A stretch of 64,000 nt of DNA. Origin: an uncultured Candidatus Saccharibacteria bacterium (GTDB lineage: Bacteria > Patescibacteriota > Minisyncoccia > Phycocordibacterales > UBA3531). Of this stretch, positions 19,781 through 27,225 are shown piece by piece. Location: the NCBI GenBank assembly GCA_964361405.1, contig CAYIAA010000003.1, positions 4,146 through 68,145 of the forward strand. The letters are read 5' to 3'. The translations under genes and the position numbers were made by a program. The first letter of the stretch is position 1, and the number at the start of each line of letters is the position of its first letter. The notes beneath the pieces are model-generated. The model made no database searches, was not told where the DNA came from, and saw nothing but the letters and a program-made list of their open reading frames with translations.

Positions 19781-20104
19781 CTACTCGAACGGATTTTTGT
19801 ACGTTTGCTCGAAAGGGTTTGCCGCTTCCGCAGGGTTCAAACTGGGAATGTCTTCTGCGGGATTTAAATCCGGCTCTGGAGTAATGACAATCGGCGCCTG
19901 ATCAGGCGGAAGCGCCTCTTCCCCTCCCGGAGATACCACGAAGACGTACGCACCAATCCCGACAAGAATCACGAGCACAATTATTATTGCGGTGGATGTC
20001 ACAATGCTCACGTTCTCCATACTTGATTCCATCATACCCCCGAATCGGGGGTAAATGTATGAGTTATCAACAGCGAGACTCCGCGTGGACACCTCTTTTT
20101 TCAT
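19781..20104 (-). CDS. Hypothetical small membrane-anchored protein (first gene of the Cys-rich protein operon)
   Basis: TM segment TAIIIVLVILVGIGAYVFVV followed by a Pro/Glu-rich tail; its stop is 3 nt before the next start; the start may be the internal MMESSM (about 20035). Confidence 0.45.
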   Translation of the reverse strand: MKKEVSTRSLAVDNSYIYPRFGGMMESSMENVSIVTSTAIIIVLVILVGIGAYVFVVSPGGEEALPPDQAPIVITPEPDLNPAEDIPSLNPAEAANPFEQTYKNPFE

Positions 20105-20136
20105 TCGGGCTGCCGGGATTCGAACCCGGAGTCACC
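20105..20136 (-). tRNA. tRNA-Pro 3' fragment (positions 43-73; acceptor strand CAGCCCG) of a split/disrupted copy
   Basis: GTGACT-CCGGG-TTCGAAT-CCCGG-CAGCCCG-A; it pairs with the 5' fragment at 20281-20315, not with the intact copy. Confidence 0.6.
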
Positions 20137-20193
20137 TAAGTTTGTTTCTGCAAACTTCCGCGAATATCCAAGGACATTCGGTTATCCTTCGTG

Positions 20194-20265
20194 TCGGGGT
20201 ACCGGGATTCGAACCCGGAGTCACCTGGTCCCAAACCAGGCATGTTACCGTTACACCATACCCCG
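20194..20265 (-). tRNA. tRNA-Pro (anticodon TGG), complete, embedded in a 15-bp extended stem
   Basis: CGGGGTA acceptor, anticodon stem CCTGG/CCAGG, loop TTTGGGA, T-arm CCGGG-TTCGAAT-CCCGG; flanked by perfect inverted repeats ggttatccttcgtgt / acacgaaggataacc. Confidence 0.8.
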
Positions 20266-20280
20266 ACACGAAGGATAACC

Positions 20281-20315
20281 CCAAACCAGGCATGTTACCG
20301 TTACACCACAGCCCG
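20281..20315 (-). tRNA. tRNA-Pro 5' fragment (positions 1-36; acceptor strand CGGGCTG) of the split/disrupted copy
   Basis: CGGGCTGTGGTGTAACGGTAACATGCCTGGTTTGG is identical to the intact copy from position 8 onward. Confidence 0.6.
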
Positions 20316-20342
20316 ATTTCTCACTTCACCACTTTAGCACTT

Positions 20343-20735
20343 TCAAGAAAATTTAATGTCTTCGATGAAGCGAATATCCCACTTTTCTAATCGCGCATGA
20401 AAGTACACGGAAACTACATCAACGACGTATTCCTCGTCATCTGGAATGTCACGCTCAAGAAGGTAGGTTTCAATAGTGCGAGCGAGTCGCGCACGTTTAA
20501 AACTGTGGACATTGTCTTCCGGTTCATACCTATCGAGACGGTCTTCGTGGCCCTTCACTGAAACAGTTTTTACTTCAACAAAGTGCAACTCCTTTCCCTT
20601 TTTTGCGACAATATCTATTTCTCCCCACTTCTTTGCATAATTTCGCTCAATAATAAAAAAACCATGTTCTTTAAGAAATAACACTGCCTTGTCTTCTCCC
20701 AGTGTCCCTAAAATTTGCTTTTCTGTCTTAGACAT
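20343..20735 (-). CDS. yraN: YraN-family (UPF0102) putative endonuclease
   Basis: 130 aa; GE(D)xA...GExDIVA...FVEVK pattern of UPF0102. Confidence 0.75.
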   Translation of the reverse strand: MSKTEKQILGTLGEDKAVLFLKEHGFFIIERNYAKKWGEIDIVAKKGKELHFVEVKTVSVKGHEDRLDRYEPEDNVHSFKRARLARTIETYLLERDIPDDEEYVVDVVSVYFHARLEKWDIRFIEDIKFS

Positions 20736-20925
20736 TATTTGTTCATATGTTGTTTCTTAAGGAACACTTGAAGTAGTACTCGAACAGAAGGTCCTATATA
20801 AAACTGATGTTTTAAGCCAAATTTATAAGACGAACATTTATAAAGTACAAAACACTACGTCCTTTATGCACACTTTCCACAGGGTTATCAACAGATTTCA
20901 AGGACTCTCTTTTCGTCTTTTTCGG

Positions 20926-20996
20926 TGCGGGTAGGGAGAATCGAACTCCCGTCTCATCCTTGGCAAGGACGTGTTCTACCACTAAACCATACCCGC
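20926..20996 (-). tRNA. tRNA-Gly (anticodon GCC), no encoded CCA
   Basis: Acceptor, D-arm and T-arm identical to the Gly-TCC gene at 16550; anticodon stem CGTCC/GGATG; loop TTGCCAA. Confidence 0.85.
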
Positions 20997-21040
20997 AGAA
21001 AACTTATCCATTCCTCCATCGCGCACCGTGCCGCAACATA

Positions 21041-21124
21041 TGCCCCCGAGAGGATTTGAACCTCTACTCTTTTGCAAGAACTAGCTCCTGAAGCTAGCGC
21101 GTCTACCAATTCCGCCACGGGGGC
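21041..21124 (-). tRNA. tRNA-Leu (anticodon CAG) with long variable arm, embedded in an 11-bp extended stem
   Basis: GCCCCCG acceptor; anticodon stem CTAGC/GCTAG; loop TTCAGGA; T-arm AGAGG-TTCAAAT-CCTCT; flanks ccgcaacatat / atatgttgcgg are perfectly complementary. Confidence 0.85.
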
Positions 21125-21239
21125 ATATGTTGCGGCAGCTGCCCTAGCTACCTACTACGATATCTATCAAAAAACGTTGGGGTAGAGGTATCCTCAAAAA
21201 AACAAAACAGTTTGTTTTCTCCGTCGGCTCACATCCGTT

Positions 21240-21311
21240 TGCCCCCGGCAGGATTCGAACCCACAATACAGCGTCCGAAGCGCTGCGTGATATCCATTTC
21301 ACTACAGGGGC
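21240..21311 (-). tRNA. tRNA-Arg (anticodon TCG)
   Basis: GCCCCTG/CGGGGGC acceptor; D-stem GTGA/TCAC; anticodon stem CAGCG/CGCTG; loop CTTCGGA; an A/T-stem hairpin plus T-tract (21188-21215) follows on the minus strand. Confidence 0.75.
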
Positions 21312-21392
21312 ATAAAAAAGGTGATTCTAGAGCTTCCATACTTTAGTACAAAATTGTGAAAATATCAAAAAATGCGCTAAAATAAGGGCCTT

Positions 21393-22862
21393 ATGAGACC
21401 CATCACCATTCCAGACGAGGTTTCACGTATAACATCTACCCTAGAAAATGCGGGTTTCAAGGCCTATTTGGTCGGAGGGTGTACGAGAGATCTCATCTTG
21501 GATAGAAAACCAAAAGACTGGGATATTACTACGGAGGCTGATCCAGAGAAAATTATGGAACTTTTCCCGCATACATTCTATACAAATACCTATGGAACAG
21601 TAACCGTCGTAAATGATGACGTAGAGAATGAAACTCTTAAAAACATAGAAGTTACACCCTTCAGGAAAGAGGGGATCTATAGCGATAAAAGACATCCTGA
21701 CGAGGTGATATTTACAAAGAACCTTGAAGAAGACCTTTCGAGGAGAGACTTTACTATTAATGCTATAGCATACAGTGTTTCTAAAGGACAATTTATTGAT
21801 CCATATAAAGGACAAGATGATATAAAGGACAAAATGGTACGTGCGGTAGGAAACCCTGTAGAGCGTTTTTCAGAGGATGCTTTACGAATGATGCGCGCGA
21901 TTAGACTCGCCGCCGAGCTTGGTTTCACGTTAAACACAGACACAAAAAGAGCACTAAAGGAAAAGGCTCAATTAATAAGAGAAATCGCGGCGGAGAGGGT
22001 TAGAGATGAGCTTTCTAAGACCCTTATGGCTGAAAAACCTATACTTGCCGTCGAAGTTGCACGTGAAACAGGTATTATCAACTATATTCTTCCAGAATTG
22101 CTTGAGGGAATTGGTATACAGCAAAACCAAGCCCACAGTTATGAGGTCTGGGAACACAATCTTCGCAGTCTCCAACATGCCGCGAATAGGGGGTGGCCGT
22201 TTCACGTGAGACTTTCAGCACTTCTCCACGACATTGGAAAACCACGCGCGCGGCTCTGGGACGAAAAAAAGAAGGACTGGACATTTCACGGACATGATGT
22301 GATCGGAGCAAAAATGACCAAACATATAGTGGAACGGTTAAAGTTTTCACGTGAAACAGCTGATGTCGTCACAAAACTCGTGCGATATCATCTCTTTTTT
22401 TCAGATACGGAAAAAATCACCTTATCTGCAGTGCGGAGAGTAATCCGAAAAGTCGGTCCAGAGAATATCTGGGAACTCATGAAACTTCGTGCCTGTGATC
22501 GGATTGGAACCGGAAGACCTAAGGAAACACCGTATCGTCTCCGAAAATACGAAAGTATGATCGAAGAAGCCCTCCGGGACCCTATTTCTGTTTCTATGCT
22601 CGCCCTTGGCGGAGCGGATGTTATGCACATCACCCAACTAGAACCAGGACAAAAAATTGGTCACATTCTCCACGCCTTACTCGAAGATGTCCTTGATGAC
22701 CCAAAAAGAAATACGAGAGAGTACCTTGAGAGCCGGGTAAAGGAACTTGCTACTCTATCCGAAAATGAACTTACCCAACTCGGTCAGCGTGGAAAAGAAA
22801 AAAAAGGAGAGCTTGAGGGAGCTGAAATTCAGGAAATTAGGAAGAGACATTGGGTGCAGTAG
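21393..22862 (+). CDS. cca: CCA-adding tRNA nucleotidyltransferase with C-terminal HD domain
   Basis: GGCTRDLIL head-domain motif; HD domain LLHDIGKP. Confidence 0.85.
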   Translation: MRPITIPDEVSRITSTLENAGFKAYLVGGCTRDLILDRKPKDWDITTEADPEKIMELFPHTFYTNTYGTVTVVNDDVENETLKNIEVTPFRKEGIYSDKRHPDEVIFTKNLEEDLSRRDFTINAIAYSVSKGQFIDPYKGQDDIKDKMVRAVGNPVERFSEDALRMMRAIRLAAELGFTLNTDTKRALKEKAQLIREIAAERVRDELSKTLMAEKPILAVEVARETGIINYILPELLEGIGIQQNQAHSYEVWEHNLRSLQHAANRGWPFHVRLSALLHDIGKPRARLWDEKKKDWTFHGHDVIGAKMTKHIVERLKFSRETADVVTKLVRYHLFFSDTEKITLSAVRRVIRKVGPENIWELMKLRACDRIGTGRPKETPYRLRKYESMIEEALRDPISVSMLALGGADVMHITQLEPGQKIGHILHALLEDVLDDPKRNTREYLESRVKELATLSENELTQLGQRGKEKKGELEGAEIQEIRKRHWVQ

Positions 22863-22881
22863 GTTTTTTAAGCTAAGAGAA

Positions 22882-22911
22882 AGCCACCACTGAAATGAGT
22901 GGTGGCTTTTT
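22882..22911 (+). terminator. Rho-independent terminator after cca
   Basis: agccaccact-gaaat-gagtggtggct followed by TTTTT. Confidence 0.6.
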
Positions 22912-23087
22912 GTGGGTTGAGGACAGGGAGTAGGCACTCTCGTTCCGGCGCTAGTAGGGTACGGGGGTAGGTCGTAATACCCCCGGGGGCTAAGTGGGCC
23001 GCTCCCTGTCCCCGTTTGTTTAATTTCTCCTTGTTCTGGTTAATCTAACTATAATAATAACGAGGTGAAAATGGCAGGTCAATAGAC

Positions 23088-24110
23088 TTATTCAGGTCGT
23101 CCACGTTTTCTTGCGTGAAATGCCTTATGCACATCACGGAGTTGTCTATCCGTAATGTGCGTATAGATTTGAGTTGTTGAAATACTGGCGTGACCGAGCA
23201 TCGCTTGGACGGAACGGAGATCTGCTCCATTTTCAAGAAGGTCAGTGGCAAAACTATGGCGAAGAATGTGCGGTGTAACCTGTTTCCCAATCCCTGCTCG
23301 CACGGCGTACGTGCGCACAATGCGCTCAACACTCCTCGGAGAAAGAGCTGTATCGATACTTTTCTTGTTCTTATTTAATCCCTTGTTCACACTGACAAAA
23401 AGTGCATCCCCCATATCTTTTCGAGCCATAAGATATGCCCTGAGAGCATCCTTTGCGCGCTTAGAAAGAAAAACTACTCTCACTTTTTGTCCTTTACCAC
23501 GCACCGAGAACTCATCCCGTGAGAGATCTACGCTCTCACGGGTAAGAGATGTGAGCTCCGAGACGCGAAGCCCTGTCGAAAAGAGGAGTTCGAGCAATGC
23601 TTTATCGCGAAGACCCTTCACATCACGCGTATCCGGGGCCTTGAGCAGGCGGTTGAGTTCATCAGAAGCAATGAGATCGAGGGAGCGCTCTCCGACCTTT
23701 GCCAATTCAATACGATCCGGCTGAAGCGCTGATATACCGCGTTTACCAAGATAGGTGAGAAGTGAACGCAGTGCTATAAGATGGTAATTCTGGGTGTTTT
23801 TTTTGAGGTGGCCACCGGTACCCGCTTGGCGATTAAGCCAGAGGCGAAAACGGCGGACCGATTCATCATCAATATCTTTTTCACTATGAATGCCGGCAAA
23901 TTCAAAGAAACGTGTTAAATAGTGATCGTAGTTTTGAACGGTCTTCAAGCTTCTGCCACGTTCAATCTCAAGATGTTCCAAAAATTGGCGCTTCAATTTT
24001 TCAATATTCATACAAGTGATCCTAGTCGCACAATAATATTGTAACACCCCGGACACAATGATCCGGCGCCCGCATTTTTTACAGGTCGACAGTACTATTT
24101 GCACGATCAC
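23088..24110 (-). CDS. Tyrosine site-specific recombinase of the XerC/XerD family
   Basis: C-terminal catalytic region HILRHSFATDLLENGADLRSVQAMLGHASISTTQIYTH. The track starts at a GTG at 24110; the likely ATG (MNIEKLKRQFLEHL) is at about 24010. Confidence 0.85.
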   Translation of the reverse strand: MIVQIVLSTCKKCGRRIIVSGVLQYYCATRITCMNIEKLKRQFLEHLEIERGRSLKTVQNYDHYLTRFFEFAGIHSEKDIDDESVRRFRLWLNRQAGTGGHLKKNTQNYHLIALRSLLTYLGKRGISALQPDRIELAKVGERSLDLIASDELNRLLKAPDTRDVKGLRDKALLELLFSTGLRVSELTSLTRESVDLSRDEFSVRGKGQKVRVVFLSKRAKDALRAYLMARKDMGDALFVSVNKGLNKNKKSIDTALSPRSVERIVRTYAVRAGIGKQVTPHILRHSFATDLLENGADLRSVQAMLGHASISTTQIYTHITDRQLRDVHKAFHARKRGRPE

Positions 24111-24121
24111 GATTTCGTGCT

Positions 24122-24424
24122 ATGATTGCCCTCATGTTAGCGCAGAAGAAAAAGCAAACTATCATCAAAAAACACCAGGTCCATGAAAAAGACACTGGTT
24201 CTTCGTCGGTGCAAATTGCGACCCTGACGGGGCAAATTAATGAACTTGTCCGGCACTTAAAAAAGCACGGTAAAGACATCCACTCTCGCCGCGGCCTCCT
24301 TCAGATGGTTGCGCGCCGCAGGTCACATATGCACTATCTCGAGAAAAAAGATCGGAAGGCCTACGAAGCGCTCATGAAAAAACTTTCGCTCAAACTCGCG
24401 AAACCGACGAAAGGTATTCGATAA
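24122..24424 (+). CDS. rpsO: 30S ribosomal protein S15
   Basis: ...DTGSSSVQIATLTGQINELVRHLKKHGKDIHSRRGLLQMVARRR...; the start may be the internal Met at about 24134. Confidence 0.9.
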   Translation: MIALMLAQKKKQTIIKKHQVHEKDTGSSSVQIATLTGQINELVRHLKKHGKDIHSRRGLLQMVARRRSHMHYLEKKDRKAYEALMKKLSLKLAKPTKGIR

Positions 24425-24427
24425 AGT

Positions 24428-24946
24428 ATGGCAATTATCAAGCAGAAGGGTCAGCGGGTCGGTGTCTTCATCGATACGCAGAACCTTTATCATAGCGCAA
24501 AAAATCTTTATCGCGCCCGTGTCAATTTCACTGCGATCCTCAAGGAGGCAGTTGCGGGAAGAACACTTGTTCGCGCCATCGCCTACGTCATCAGAACTGA
24601 ATCGGGAGAAGAAAAAGCATTCCTCGAGGCGCTCGAGAAAATCGGCATTGAGACAAAGACCAAGGATCTTCAAATTTTCTATGGTGGTGCAAAAAAAGCC
24701 GACTGGGATGTGGGGCTCGCCGTTGACGCCATCAAACTCGCGCCAAAACTCGACGCCATTGTCATAGCGTCTGGTGATGGAGACTTCGTCCCGCTTGTTG
24801 ATTACTTGAAAGCAACCACGCAAGTCGAGGTACTTTCATTCGGCAAGAGCACATCCGCACATCTCAAGGAAGTTGCTGATGATTTTGTCGATATCTGCGA
24901 GGATCCAAGCTCTTATCTCATTCCAGAATCACGAAGAAAAAAGTGA
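24428..24946 (+). CDS. NYN-domain (LabA-like) protein inserted between rpsO and pnp
   Basis: VGVFIDTQNLYHSAK...GDGDFVPLV, a NYN/PIN-like fold. Confidence 0.8.
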   Translation: MAIIKQKGQRVGVFIDTQNLYHSAKNLYRARVNFTAILKEAVAGRTLVRAIAYVIRTESGEEKAFLEALEKIGIETKTKDLQIFYGGAKKADWDVGLAVDAIKLAPKLDAIVIASGDGDFVPLVDYLKATTQVEVLSFGKSTSAHLKEVADDFVDICEDPSSYLIPESRRKK

Positions 24947-24999
24947 AGTAAATTCGGATTTCGTTTCTATAATTTGTTTCGAAATCCTGTCGATCAAAT

Positions 25000-27225
25000 A
25001 TGACAAAAAAAGAATACACAACCGAGGTTGGCGACACGCGCCTCTCGGCGACCTTCTCTGATCTTACCGATCAAGCAAACGGATCCGTTATTGTGAGTTT
25101 AGGTGGCACTGCGGTACTTGTCACCGCAGTAATGGGAAAAGAAAATCGCGACGACATCGATTATTTACCGCTCGTGGTCGATTACGAAGAACGCTTTTAT
25201 GCCGCGGGACTCCTCCTTGGCGGGCGCTTCATGAAGCGCGAGGGGCGGCCTTCGGACGAAGCAATTCTCGCAGGACGCCTCGTGGACAGAACCATTCGGC
25301 CTCTCTTTGACCAGTCAATACGGAGGGATATCCAAATCGTCATCACTATACTTTCAGTTGACGGAAAAAATGACCCCGATATTCCGTCAATCATTGCAAC
25401 ATCTCTCGCACTTGGCACATCGGATATTCCTTGGGGAGGGCCGGTTGGCGCGATTCGAATTTCAGGGGGTCACGATGGTCTGCTTTCTATTAATCCTTCT
25501 TACAGCGTACGGGAGGGCTGTGACTTTGATCTCGTCTTGTGCGGACAAGGAGAAACAATAAACATGATTGAAGCGGAAGCACGTGAAACCCCGGAGGAAA
25601 CAATAGTGAAAACACTTGAACCCGCAATCAAGCATTTTGGAGCACTTGAAAATTTTCAGAAAAAAATCATTCGAGAGATTGGAAAGAAAAAAATCACTCT
25701 GGCGCACCGTGCTAAAGACTCGAAGATAAAAGAGCATTTTGAAAAAGAAGCTGCCGGAAAATTGAAAAATGCCTTCTACAGCGGCCCTGGTCACGATGGA
25801 CTTGATGCTCTCCGAAATGAATGGCTTCAGAGTTTCACCGTCGCCTACCCAAGTATGCCAACCGAAGACGCCGCCCTCCACTTTGAAGAAGCAGTGAACA
25901 CATTCCTCCATACGGAAGCGATTGAACGAGGTGGGCGCGCCGACGGACGAAAGGTTGATCAAGTTCGACCGCTCTTTGCCGAAGCTGGCGGCATATCGGA
26001 TTTTCTCCACGGTGTCGGAATTTTTTACCGCGGCGGAACGCATGTCCTCTCGGTACTCACACTCGGGGGGCCGGAGGATTCACAGATTGTCGAGGGAATG
26101 GAGGTTAGGACAAAAAAGTACTTCATGCACCATTACAATTTCCCGCCGTTCTCATCGGGTGAAACCGGTCGTCTTGGTGGCACGAACCGACGTGCCGTCG
26201 GCCACGGAGCTCTCGTTGAAAAAGCGCTTAAGGCAGTGATCCCCGATCGAATATCTTTTCCATACACAATTAGACTTGTATCCGAATCAATGGCATCGAA
26301 CGGCTCCACGTCAATGGCATCGGTGTGCGCAAGTTCACTCGCACTCATTGACGGCGGTGTACCGCTAAAGACTCCCGTCGCGGGAGTCGCCATGGGGCTT
26401 GCTATGGAGAATAGTTCACGGTACCAAATTCTCTCTGACATCCAAGGTCCCGAAGATCATCATGGCGATATGGATTTTAAAGTTGCCGGCACAAAGGAAG
26501 GTATTACGGCGCTCCAGCTCGACGTCAAAGTGAGCGGTATCCCAGTGAAAATCCTTGCCGAAGCCCTCACGCAGGCAAAAGAAGCCAGAACCCACATTCT
26601 CTCCGTGATGACGGAGGCCGTGAAAGGAAAAAATTTTGCACTTAAACCTTCCGCACCGCGCGTAGAACGAATCACCATCGACCCTGATAAAATCGGCTTC
26701 GTCATAGGACCCGGGGGGCGCACAATCAACCAGTTGAGCGAAGAGACGGGAGCGACCGTAAACGTGGAACAAGATGGTACAGTTTTTGTCATGGGAGGAA
26801 AAGATGCCGTCCTTCGAGCAAAAGACGAAATTCTTAGCATGACCAGAACATTCACTCCCGGAGATCGCATGGAGGGCACCGTCGTCAAGTTATTTGATTT
26901 CGGAGCCGTGGTTAGGTTAAGTCCTTATGCCGAAGGATTGGTGCACATTTCCGAACTTGCTCCGTTTCGCGTGGAAAAAGTGACCGACATTGTCTGTGAA
27001 GGGGAGAAGGTGCCAGTTATGGTGAAAGATATCGATGAACGTGGGCGTCTTTCTCTCTCTATCGTCAAAGCAGAGCCGAACTTCGCCCAAGATCGAGGGC
27101 CCAAAGTCTGTCCAGAGCCGGAAACTACTCATGGAGACGACGGGGTAGGATATAATAAAAAGAATGGGAGACATGAAGGAGGTGAAAAAAGATACGGGCG
27201 GGACCGAGAACGAAGGGGGCATTAG
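25000..27225 (+). CDS. pnp: Polynucleotide phosphorylase with basic C-terminal extension
   Basis: Two RNase PH domains, KH and S1 domains; about 50-aa G/R/K-rich tail. Confidence 0.95.
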   Translation: MTKKEYTTEVGDTRLSATFSDLTDQANGSVIVSLGGTAVLVTAVMGKENRDDIDYLPLVVDYEERFYAAGLLLGGRFMKREGRPSDEAILAGRLVDRTIRPLFDQSIRRDIQIVITILSVDGKNDPDIPSIIATSLALGTSDIPWGGPVGAIRISGGHDGLLSINPSYSVREGCDFDLVLCGQGETINMIEAEARETPEETIVKTLEPAIKHFGALENFQKKIIREIGKKKITLAHRAKDSKIKEHFEKEAAGKLKNAFYSGPGHDGLDALRNEWLQSFTVAYPSMPTEDAALHFEEAVNTFLHTEAIERGGRADGRKVDQVRPLFAEAGGISDFLHGVGIFYRGGTHVLSVLTLGGPEDSQIVEGMEVRTKKYFMHHYNFPPFSSGETGRLGGTNRRAVGHGALVEKALKAVIPDRISFPYTIRLVSESMASNGSTSMASVCASSLALIDGGVPLKTPVAGVAMGLAMENSSRYQILSDIQGPEDHHGDMDFKVAGTKEGITALQLDVKVSGIPVKILAEALTQAKEARTHILSVMTEAVKGKNFALKPSAPRVERITIDPDKIGFVIGPGGRTINQLSEETGATVNVEQDGTVFVMGGKDAVLRAKDEILSMTRTFTPGDRMEGTVVKLFDFGAVVRLSPYAEGLVHISELAPFRVEKVTDIVCEGEKVPVMVKDIDERGRLSLSIVKAEPNFAQDRGPKVCPEPETTHGDDGVGYNKKNGRHEGGEKRYGRDRERRGH

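Noticed and set aside
23041-23090. Search for a dif-like 28-bp Xer site near the recombinase gene
   Set aside because: No 11-6-11 palindrome resembling dif (…ATAA-TGTATA-TTAT…) could be recognised by eye. Not reported.
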